DNA of 64,000 bases from an uncultured Kiritimatiellota bacterium (GTDB taxonomy: Bacteria; Verrucomicrobiota; Kiritimatiellia; RFP12; DVOR01), in NCBI GenBank assembly GCA_944389565.1, contig CALXMV010000002.1, positions 49,309-113,308 on the forward strand. The letters run 5' to 3'. Of the stretch, positions 45,370-53,533 are shown piece after piece. The notes below the pieces were generated by a model, which saw nothing but the letters and a program-made list of their open reading frames with translations, was not told the origin of the DNA and searched no databases. The translations under genes and the position numbers were made by a program. Positions within the stretch are counted from its first letter, which is position 1, and each line of letters starts with the position of its first letter.

Positions 45370-46656
45370 TCAGAGGGTTTCGAGGATGAGACGGCGGGGC
45401 GGGGGCGGTTCGTCGGAAAGGGCAAAGGCCGCGCGGGCGGCATCCAGCTGCGCATGCGCCGTCGCGCCGTCCGCCGCGCACAGCACGCAGAGCGGGGCAC
45501 CGGCCTCCACGCGCTCGCCCTGGCCAAGGAGCGCGTCGACGCCCGCCGCGGGGTCGGGCGTGTCGGTCACCGCGCGACGCCCCGCGCCGAGCCCCAAGGC
45601 CACGCGGCCGATCGCCTCGGCGTCCACGTGCGCCACCCATCCCGCGCGCGGGGCGGGCACCTCCACGCGCGCCCCCGCCTGGGGCAACGGCGCGTCCGGG
45701 TCGCCCCCCTGCGCCGCCACCATCTCACGGAAGACCGCGTACGCGGCGCCGGAATCCAACGTCTCGCGCGCCCGCTCACGGGCGGCGCCGAGATCGGCGC
45801 AGAGCCCCGCCGCGTGCGCCATCCACGCCGCCTCCTCGATTGTCAGCGCCCGCACGTCCCACGGGCCCTTCCCGTTCAGCACGTCGACGGACTCGGCGAC
45901 CTCCAGGGCGTTCCCGACGGTCCGCCCGAGCGGCTGATTCATGTCCGTCACCAAGGCGCGGCACGTGCGGCCCAGGCGCCGGCCGGTCTCCAGCAGGCTC
46001 TCGGCCAAGGCACGCGCGTCGGCGAACGTGCGCATGAAGGCGCCGCTCCCGCACTTCACGTCGAAGAGCAGCGTGTGGGCGCCCTCGGCGAGTTTCTTGC
46101 TCATGATGGAGGCGGTGATGAGGGGGATGCTCGGCACCGTGCCCGTCACGTCGCGCAGGGCGTAGAGCCGTCGGTCGGCCGGCGCCAGGGAATCCGTCTG
46201 CCCGATCAGGCAACAGCCCACCGAGCCCACGATGCGGCGGAAATCCGCCACGCCGAGGCGCGTGTCGAAGCCGGGGAGGCTCTCCAGTTTGTCCAGCGTG
46301 CCGCCGGTGAGCCCCAAGCCGCGCCCCGAGATCATCGGCACGGCCAGCCCCATCGCCGCGCAGAGCGGCGCCAAGGGCAGGGAGATTTTGTCGCCCACCC
46401 CGCCGGTCGAATGCTTGTCCGCGGTCGGCCGGGGCAGATCCCAGGCCAGACACTCGCCCGAACGCATCATCGCGTCCGTCAGCGTCGCGGTCTCGCGCGG
46501 CGTCATGCCCCGCAGGCAGACGGCCATCAGCCACGCGGCGATCTGGTAATCCGGCAGGGAGCCGTCCGTCACCCCGCGCACCCAGGCGCGGAGGTCGGCC
46601 TCGGCGTGCTCCTTGCCGTCGCGCTTCGCCTCGATGAACCACTGCGGCACCAACAT
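45370..46656 (-). CDS. deoA: Thymidine/pyrimidine-nucleoside phosphorylase
   Basis: Motif HSTGGVGDK and glycosyl-transferase family 3 features. Confidence 0.8.
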   Translation of the reverse strand: MLVPQWFIEAKRDGKEHAEADLRAWVRGVTDGSLPDYQIAAWLMAVCLRGMTPRETATLTDAMMRSGECLAWDLPRPTADKHSTGGVGDKISLPLAPLCAAMGLAVPMISGRGLGLTGGTLDKLESLPGFDTRLGVADFRRIVGSVGCCLIGQTDSLAPADRRLYALRDVTGTVPSIPLITASIMSKKLAEGAHTLLFDVKCGSGAFMRTFADARALAESLLETGRRLGRTCRALVTDMNQPLGRTVGNALEVAESVDVLNGKGPWDVRALTIEEAAWMAHAAGLCADLGAARERARETLDSGAAYAVFREMVAAQGGDPDAPLPQAGARVEVPAPRAGWVAHVDAEAIGRVALGLGAGRRAVTDTPDPAAGVDALLGQGERVEAGAPLCVLCAADGATAHAQLDAARAAFALSDEPPPPRRLILETL

Positions 46657-46673
46657 ACGCGCCTCCCTTCGCC

Positions 46674-48926
46674 TCAGGCCAACGGCGCGTTATCGGCGGT
46701 GACGGCGCAAAGCCCGCCGGAGCCGAATTCGGAGGTGAGATAGAGCCGGAAGGGGTGGCGCCCCGCCGCGAGGCGCAGCATGATGGCGCGATCGCGGGCG
46801 CAATCGCCGGCCTCGTATTCCAGGATGTGCGCCTCATGGAGCCAGAGCTGGCAACCGCCCGGCCCCTTGGCGGCGAAGGCCACGTCGCCCTCCCGCGGCA
46901 CCTCGACCCATCCCTCGACGGCGAGCCCGAAGGCGCTGTCCTCGGGGAGCCTGTCGCGCAGGGCCTCGACGTCCCCCGCGGCGACCTCGAAACTCTCCTC
47001 GGGCGTGAGCGTGCGGAGGTTGGGCACCCACGGCCAATCCTCCGCCCCCTCCAGGAAGAGGGAGACGCGCCAACGCGCCGCGCCGGGCTCCCGCAACGCG
47101 GGCATCGCGGCACGCTCCACGCCTGGGCGCGCGCCGAACTGCGCGTAGACCCCCGGCGCGCCGCAGGCGTCGGGCACCTTCGCGGCGGGGATGCGGCAGG
47201 TGAGGAGCAGGTCGGTCATCCGCCGGAGCCGCCCGGCCTGCGCCGGATCCTTGGAGAGGTCGCGCGTCTGCCCCGGGTCGTTGACGACGTCGTAGAGCGC
47301 GCGCGGGCCGTTGAGCCCCTTGTTGCGGACGAGCACGTAGTCGCCGTCGCGCACCATCTGCTCGAACTGGAAGCCCTGGCCCGAGCCGCCGTCCTGATAC
47401 TCGCAATAGATTCGCGCGGGGAGCGGCGTGCCCGCGCCGGTGAGCGCGGGGAGGATGGAGGTGCCGTCGCAATGGGCCGGTTGCGGGAGCCCGGCAACCT
47501 CCGCGAGCGTCGCCATCCACGCGGGGAACTGGAAGGGATGGTCGCAGACGCGCGGCTTCTCCGGGTCGGCGGGGATGACGCCGGGCCAGAGCGCGAAGGT
47601 CGGCTCGCGGAGCCCCCCCTCGAAACTCCACCGCTTCATCCCCTTGAACGGCCCGTTCGACTTGAAGGCACCCTCGACCCACTTGATGCCCGCCGGGGCG
47701 AGATACTCGCCCGCGGGGCCGTTGTCCGAGGTGAAGACGAAGAGCGTCTTCTCCGCCAACCCACGCACCCTGAGGAAACGGAGCAGGTCGCCGAGGGCCT
47801 CGTCGAGCCGGCGGACGTTCGTGGCGTAGCGGCGCTGCGACGGGGTGTAGGCGGCGTATTCGGGATAGATGAAGGTGTTCGAGGTGTTCTTGCCGTCGGG
47901 GCCGATCTCCTTGAAGGGCAGATACCCCTGGGCGTCCTTCACCCACGCCACGCCGCCGCCCCATGCCCGATCCGCGTCGTCGGGCGCGGGATAGGGCCGC
48001 CCCGGCACATGGAAGTTCTCCAGCGAGGCAAGCCCCGGGTCGCCCTGGCCGTTGCGCGAGCCGGACCCATGGCAGGTCGTGTAGCACGCGTAGCAGAAGA
48101 AAGGCTCCTCGCGCCCGGCCTCCTGATGGGCCTTGACGAGTTGCTTGATCTTGGCGGTGAAGAGGTCGGTGTCGTAGCAGAAACGCCCCTCCGCGTCGGC
48201 GACGAGCCGCCGCCAATAGTTCCCCTCGGGGTCGCGCTCGAAGGCCATCCCCCCCGCCCCCGCCGAAAGCGCCGCGTAGAACGCGTCCGCCTTCGCCGTG
48301 GCCGAGACGTTCTCCACCAGCGGCGACCCCTTCTTCGAGGTCCGCCACTCCGGCCCCTCCCAATGGTAGAAGGAATGCCCATGCGCGTGGGCGGGATAAC
48401 CGTAGGAATAGTCGAACCCCGCGTCGCACGCCATCGCGCGGCGCGGCTGGTCGCCGCTCTCATAGCCCCCGCCGATGCCCCACTTGCCGACATGCCAGGT
48501 GGCGTAACCGGCCGCCTTCATCACCGTGGCCAGCGTCATGTGCGCGTCCACCGGCCGATCGAACATATTGTCGCGCAGGTTGCAATGGCCCTGGTTCTTG
48601 CCCGTCACCATCGAGGCGCGCGCCGGCGCGCAGACCGGCGCGGTCGTGTACGCGTTCGTCAGGCGCACGCCCTGACGCATCGCCGCGTCGAGGTTCGGCG
48701 TGTCGATATGGACGCCCCCCGCCTCCGCCCGGCGGTTCTGCCAGAACGCCCCCAGATCCCCCCACCCCAGGTCGTCGCACAGCACCAGGATCACGTTCGG
48801 CCGCGCCCCCGCGCCGCGCACCGCCCCGCCCGCGCCGCGCGCCAACGCCTCCGCCGCCCACGACGCCCCCGGCGCCGCCAACACCGCGCACGCCCCGACA
48901 GCCTTCAGAAAATCCCGTCTCCGCAT
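46674..48926 (-). CDS. Tat-secreted sulfatase (arylsulfatase family) with a C-terminal extension
   Basis: Twin-arginine signal MRRRDFLKAVGACAVLAAPGASWA. Sulfatase core with the CxPxR-type context (…APVCAPARAS…). Confidence 0.85.
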   Translation of the reverse strand: MRRRDFLKAVGACAVLAAPGASWAAEALARGAGGAVRGAGARPNVILVLCDDLGWGDLGAFWQNRRAEAGGVHIDTPNLDAAMRQGVRLTNAYTTAPVCAPARASMVTGKNQGHCNLRDNMFDRPVDAHMTLATVMKAAGYATWHVGKWGIGGGYESGDQPRRAMACDAGFDYSYGYPAHAHGHSFYHWEGPEWRTSKKGSPLVENVSATAKADAFYAALSAGAGGMAFERDPEGNYWRRLVADAEGRFCYDTDLFTAKIKQLVKAHQEAGREEPFFCYACYTTCHGSGSRNGQGDPGLASLENFHVPGRPYPAPDDADRAWGGGVAWVKDAQGYLPFKEIGPDGKNTSNTFIYPEYAAYTPSQRRYATNVRRLDEALGDLLRFLRVRGLAEKTLFVFTSDNGPAGEYLAPAGIKWVEGAFKSNGPFKGMKRWSFEGGLREPTFALWPGVIPADPEKPRVCDHPFQFPAWMATLAEVAGLPQPAHCDGTSILPALTGAGTPLPARIYCEYQDGGSGQGFQFEQMVRDGDYVLVRNKGLNGPRALYDVVNDPGQTRDLSKDPAQAGRLRRMTDLLLTCRIPAAKVPDACGAPGVYAQFGARPGVERAAMPALREPGAARWRVSLFLEGAEDWPWVPNLRTLTPEESFEVAAGDVEALRDRLPEDSAFGLAVEGWVEVPREGDVAFAAKGPGGCQLWLHEAHILEYEAGDCARDRAIMLRLAAGRHPFRLYLTSEFGSGGLCAVTADNAPLA

Positions 48927-49056
48927 CGTCTCGTCCCTTTCGTTCTGCTCGCCCGCCTCGCGCGGGCATCGGGTATATGTTACCAAAATCCGCCGCGCCC
49001 GGCGACGGATCCGGCGGAAGAAAACCCGCCTGAGGCGATCCGGACGCGACCCGCGC

Positions 49057-50601
49057 TCACGCGAACAGCCACGCGCGCACCGCTTCTTTGACCTTCCGGT
49101 TCGCCCGTTGCGCAAGCCCCCGGATTTTCTCGCCGACCCACTTGCGCACGGCCTGCCCCGCCTTGACGACGGCCGTCCCCGCCGCCGAGCCGGCCATGTA
49201 CCCGACCACGCTGCCGACGAACCCGCCGATTATCGCCCCGGGCGGCCCAAACACCATCCCGACCGACGCGCCGATCGCGGCGCCCTTCGCGCCGACAATC
49301 AACCCCGCGAGCACCGCGACGGTCGTCTGCTCCATCTGATCGACGCCCTCCTCCACGGAAAGCTCGCCTCTGCCCATCTTGTAAAGAATCTTCGCGTTCT
49401 CGACGGCGACGAAGGCGACATTCGCCCAAGTCCCGGAGGCGACGCCCTTGAACGCGCCGCGAAAGGCGCCTTTCTCCGCGGCCACCTTCAACGCGCCGGC
49501 CACGGCGGCCTTCGCGCCGAAATCCGCGCCATCCTTCAGCGCCGCCTTGGCCACCGCCTTCCCCTCGATTTCCTCGCCGCGCCAAAGTTTCCCGACGACC
49601 TCGCCCCCGGCGCCGATGGCCGCGCCGATGAGCGCGGCTTTGCCGACCTGCTTGCCCAATCCGATGGACAGATCGCGGTAGCGGTATTCCTTCCAATCCA
49701 GATCGTTCCATCTGCCGCTTTGGGCGTCTTCCTGCAATTTTTTGGCGTTCGGCCGCGTGAGCGGGTTGCTCCGCGTGCCATCCGGCGCCTGGAGGGTATC
49801 CGTGGCCCCCCTGACCTCGCCCTTCTGGTCGGCGGGGACAAGTTTGCGTTGCCCGCGATAGTCACCGTTCTCGAAGAGTTGCCGGCTCGCCTGCCCGTCC
49901 TTGCCATACTTCACCTGATAGCGCCGGACGATCTTCCCGTTCGTGTCCTTGATCACGATGTCCACGGAGTTTTTGCCGTAGCCGCCCTTCCCCGCGCCGC
50001 CAAGCACCTCCGCGCGATACTGGCTGCCGTTCGCCTTGGCGTTCAGGTTGAAGGTCTCGACGTGATAGCGCTCCGCCATGAACCCATCCAGATGCGGGTT
50101 CCGGTTGACGGCGCCGGCTTGCGTCAGAAACGTCCCCGTCATCGCTTGGTTGGCGTCCGCCACGGCCTCGTCCAGCCGCGCCAGGTGCGCGGCGGCCGTC
50201 CCCTGCGCGGTTTGCGCCGAGGCGAACTCCTGCATCCTGTCGGCGAACCATGCCTCCTTGCTTCGGCCGCGGGCCACCGCCTCCCGCAGGGAGGCCTTGG
50301 CCTCCTCCTGCCTATGAAGCGTGTCGACGATTTCGGCGCTCATGGCGGCCACCTCCCCGGGGTCGCGCTCCGGGAGATGGCGCGCCATCTCATCGCGCAG
50401 CCAATCCCCGACGGGCGTCCCCGCCTGCTGGGCGCGCTCCCATCCCGCCGTGAACGCCGTCTGGAGGTCGATCACCGTCTGCGCGTCCTCCTCCGAGATT
50501 GGCGGGGCGACCGTCGCGTCCGCGATGAGATCCCACGTCTCAGGCGCTTGGGGCGTTTCGCCGTGGTCCGTCCTGTCCTGTTTCGGCTCCTGTTCGCTCA
50601 T
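49057..50601 (-). CDS. Unknown protein with a C-terminal glycine-zipper (GxxxG)n hydrophobic region; candidate effector of a three-gene operon
   Basis: GGAG RBS. The C-terminal ~130 aa contain LIGAAIGAGG, GAKGAAIGASVGMVFGPPGAIIGGFVGSVVGYMAGSAAG and similar stretches. Confidence 0.55.
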   Translation of the reverse strand: MSEQEPKQDRTDHGETPQAPETWDLIADATVAPPISEEDAQTVIDLQTAFTAGWERAQQAGTPVGDWLRDEMARHLPERDPGEVAAMSAEIVDTLHRQEEAKASLREAVARGRSKEAWFADRMQEFASAQTAQGTAAAHLARLDEAVADANQAMTGTFLTQAGAVNRNPHLDGFMAERYHVETFNLNAKANGSQYRAEVLGGAGKGGYGKNSVDIVIKDTNGKIVRRYQVKYGKDGQASRQLFENGDYRGQRKLVPADQKGEVRGATDTLQAPDGTRSNPLTRPNAKKLQEDAQSGRWNDLDWKEYRYRDLSIGLGKQVGKAALIGAAIGAGGEVVGKLWRGEEIEGKAVAKAALKDGADFGAKAAVAGALKVAAEKGAFRGAFKGVASGTWANVAFVAVENAKILYKMGRGELSVEEGVDQMEQTTVAVLAGLIVGAKGAAIGASVGMVFGPPGAIIGGFVGSVVGYMAGSAAGTAVVKAGQAVRKWVGEKIRGLAQRANRKVKEAVRAWLFA

Positions 50602-50619
50602 GGCAAATGCTCCGATCGT

Positions 50620-52155
50620 TTAGCTGTTTGTTTGGGAATCCGGTGTGCTGGCCCGTTTGATGTCGTTCTTCAGGATGGCCTCCCGCATCCGCGGGATCCG
50701 CTCCTTGAGCGTGTTGGAAATGGACTTGGTCTCTTTCGCCACGGCAAGCAGATCCTCCGTGGTGAGCGTCTCGCGATTCTCGGCGAAGGCGCGCTCGATG
50801 GCCTCCTTGACCACCGCCTCCAGATCCGCGCCGCTGAACCCTTCCGTCGCCTTGATCAGCGCGATGGTGTCGATTGCCCGATTCCACCGTTTCCGCTTCC
50901 TGAGATGGATCTCAAGGATCGCTCTGCGCTCCTCGCCATTCGGCAGATCGACGAAAAACAGTTCGTCGAAGCGGCCCTTGCGCAGAAACTCGGGCTTGAT
51001 GTTCGAGATGTCGTTGGCGGTCGCGACGATGAAGACGGTGTTCTCCTTCTCCTGGAGCCAGGTCAGGAATTGCCCGAAGAGGCGCGTCGTCACCTCGCTC
51101 CCCTCGCCGCCTGAGGCGGCCACGCCCGCGAAGGCCTTCTCGATCTCATCGACCCACAGCACGCAGGGCGCGATGGCCTCGGCGAGTCGCAGGGCCCGGC
51201 GCATGTTCTCCTCCGATTCGCCCACGTATTTCCCGAGCAGGCGCCCCACGTCGAGGCGGACCAACGGGATCTGGAAAAGCCCCGCCGTCGCCTTGGCCGT
51301 CAGGCTCTTGCCACACCCCGGCATACCGACGATCATGATTCCCTTGGGGACGTCCACGCCGGACTTGATCGCCTGATCGAGGTTCTTGAAAATCCGGGCC
51401 TTCCGTCCCAGCCAATTCTTCAGGATGTCCAGTCCGCCGATGTTTTCCACCTTGCACTCGGCATCGACCAGCTCCAGGCTCCCGCTCTTCTTCACGAACT
51501 GCCGCTTCTCCTGGAGGATCAGGCGCGTGTCCCGCCGATCCAGGTCGCCGCCGTTCTGGTAAGCGAGATTGAGGATCTGCCCGATCTGGAACGCGTTCAG
51601 CCCCTTGAAGGAAAGGGCGATCTCGTCGACGACCTCATCGCCCACCCGAATGCCCTGCCCGTCGGCGAAGGCCCGGATGATCGAGCGGATCTCCGGGATC
51701 GACGGCAACGGGAAATCGAAGAGCGTGATGAGGTGCTCCAGCTCACGCGGGATCGACAGGATCGCCGAGACGACGAAAATCGTCGCGTGATAGGTGTCGT
51801 CGTTCAGGTTCCATTCCGCGATGCGCCGCAACAACGCGATGACCTTGGGCTCCGCCAAGTCGCCATGCACATCCCGCAGGATCAGGAAGGTCGGCCTCCG
51901 GAACCCCTCCTCCAAGGTACGGAGCAGGAACGCCTCCAAATCGCACGCCTCGCCGGGCGGATCCAAGGGATGGCCATCCCGGAAATCCACCATCCCCAAC
52001 GCATGGTCAAACGCCACGCACCTGATACCCTCCCCGGCCACTTGGGCGATCAGACCGTCGACCGCATGGAAATCGAAGTGGTTGATGTAAATGATGGGAC
52101 GCAGGGCGTCCACATACGAGGCCAATTGGTCGACCGCGCCCTGACGCATGGTCAC
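50620..52155 (-). CDS. Classic-clade AAA+ ATPase with a ~250-aa unknown N-terminal domain
   Basis: Walker A GMPGCGKS, Walker B VLWVDEIE, and a SRH with Arg. The start (GTG 52155 or ATG 52149) overlaps the upstream stop. Confidence 0.8.
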   Translation of the reverse strand: MTMRQGAVDQLASYVDALRPIIYINHFDFHAVDGLIAQVAGEGIRCVAFDHALGMVDFRDGHPLDPPGEACDLEAFLLRTLEEGFRRPTFLILRDVHGDLAEPKVIALLRRIAEWNLNDDTYHATIFVVSAILSIPRELEHLITLFDFPLPSIPEIRSIIRAFADGQGIRVGDEVVDEIALSFKGLNAFQIGQILNLAYQNGGDLDRRDTRLILQEKRQFVKKSGSLELVDAECKVENIGGLDILKNWLGRKARIFKNLDQAIKSGVDVPKGIMIVGMPGCGKSLTAKATAGLFQIPLVRLDVGRLLGKYVGESEENMRRALRLAEAIAPCVLWVDEIEKAFAGVAASGGEGSEVTTRLFGQFLTWLQEKENTVFIVATANDISNIKPEFLRKGRFDELFFVDLPNGEERRAILEIHLRKRKRWNRAIDTIALIKATEGFSGADLEAVVKEAIERAFAENRETLTTEDLLAVAKETKSISNTLKERIPRMREAILKNDIKRASTPDSQTNS

Positions 52156-53144
52156 ACCTCCATGTAAAGCACGCTGCGCTGCGAGGAGCCGCTCTTGTAG
52201 TCAAGGCCGTCGAGGATCATGAACGCGCCGTTCGTCTGGCTGGTCGAATGCTCGACCCCATGCGCCCCCGCAGACCGGATGTAATCAGGCTCCGCAGCGG
52301 CACGCCCGTCAACCAAAACTCCCATCCGAAGGACCATGTATTGCCTGCCCTTGACCTCCAAGTCTTTCCAATAACCCGCGGTTTCCCCGGCGAAGACACG
52401 AAGATTTTTCTCCCCGACCCCTTTCCTGACCGTCTCGACACGCTGACGGACAAAGTTCCAGATGGCCTCCATCGCCTCCTTCTTGAACTTCATCTCGTCG
52501 TACTCGGGGTCCGTCGTGGGAAGCGAACGATCCACGTCACGCATGGCTTTGCCGTCCTCAAGCTCAATGGTGACAGGCAGATAGTATCTCCGCGTGGTCG
52601 GATTCATGAGCAGGCACATGACGGACAGCCAATACCCGCCACGACACAAGGACAAGAACAACGACCGATGATGCAGATCCAAGACCCACCCATAATGTGT
52701 GGCCATCTCGGCAATCGCCGCCTTGATTTGCGCCGCATTCGCACCGTAATCCGGAGAAACGAGCAACCCATTCGCCAACTTGAAGTAATTTTCCTGATAA
52801 GCCTTGACAAGCGCGGCCTCGCGCACCTTCCCTTTCTGGCAAGCCAGATAACGCCTCACGCGCTCCGCACGATACTGGAGCGCATAAAGACTCCTCTCGT
52901 CCGCCTCGGCGCCAAGCGCGGCGATGACCTTCCGCATGGTTTGGACCTCGTCGCCAGGCACATCGGCCAAGACGCGGATTTTCTCGGCCTCGTCGGCATA
53001 ACCGCGGGTTTCCAGCCAGCGTAACAACAAGTCCCCGCGCAACGCCTCGAAGACATCCTCGACGACGAAGTTCTCCCGCAACGCCTCAAGCGTCCGCACG
53101 GGCTTCCCGTCCACGATCAGATTGAACTTGATGGTCTTTGCCAT
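52152..53144 (-). CDS. Hypothetical protein (330 aa), first gene of the AAA operon
   Basis: A perfect AAGGAG RBS sits 6 nt before the ATG at 53144. No recognised motif. Confidence 0.55.
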   Translation of the reverse strand: MAKTIKFNLIVDGKPVRTLEALRENFVVEDVFEALRGDLLLRWLETRGYADEAEKIRVLADVPGDEVQTMRKVIAALGAEADERSLYALQYRAERVRRYLACQKGKVREAALVKAYQENYFKLANGLLVSPDYGANAAQIKAAIAEMATHYGWVLDLHHRSLFLSLCRGGYWLSVMCLLMNPTTRRYYLPVTIELEDGKAMRDVDRSLPTTDPEYDEMKFKKEAMEAIWNFVRQRVETVRKGVGEKNLRVFAGETAGYWKDLEVKGRQYMVLRMGVLVDGRAAAEPDYIRSAGAHGVEHSTSQTNGAFMILDGLDYKSGSSQRSVLYMEV

Positions 53145-53279
53145 GAAGCACTCCTTGAAATGATGGCGCAAGTATACCACCCCCCCATAAAATCAAGTTC
53201 ATTTAATCGTATAAGCGCCACCGCCCCCGAAAGGCGGAAAGGATTGGGGGGAGGGGATTGGCAGATTGGTACCCCCGCA

Positions 53280-53440
53280 CATCGGGCGGGGGCGGGGGCC
53301 AAACCCTAAAGGGTTTGAACCCAAAGTCGGGAGGGTTCGGGGGCGAAACCCTAAGGGGTCTGACCCGAAACCCTAAGGGGTCTGGGGCGGAAGTCGGGAG
53401 GGTTGGGGCGGGGAGACGTCTTGCGTATACCCCCCATTGA
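53280..53440. repeat. Intergenic repeat cluster: AAACCCTAA(A)GGGTYTG hairpin units interleaved with AGTCGGGAGGGTT(C)GGGGCG
   Basis: Seen in sequence. The second motif matches the direct repeats flanking repeat copy C at 25395 and 25622. Confidence 0.5.
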
Positions 53441-53533
53441 CACAAAAGGGCCTTTTTGTTATCATGCGCGAACTTTTTTCCCCAATGGAGGCCATGTCGT
53501 AGTGTGCGTGGCCGGTTCATGGAGATCGCAGTC

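Noticed and set aside
53330-53400. CCCTAA units reminiscent of telomeric repeats
   Set aside because: There are only two or three copies embedded in hairpin-forming context on a circular-genome-like locus, so the match is coincidental.
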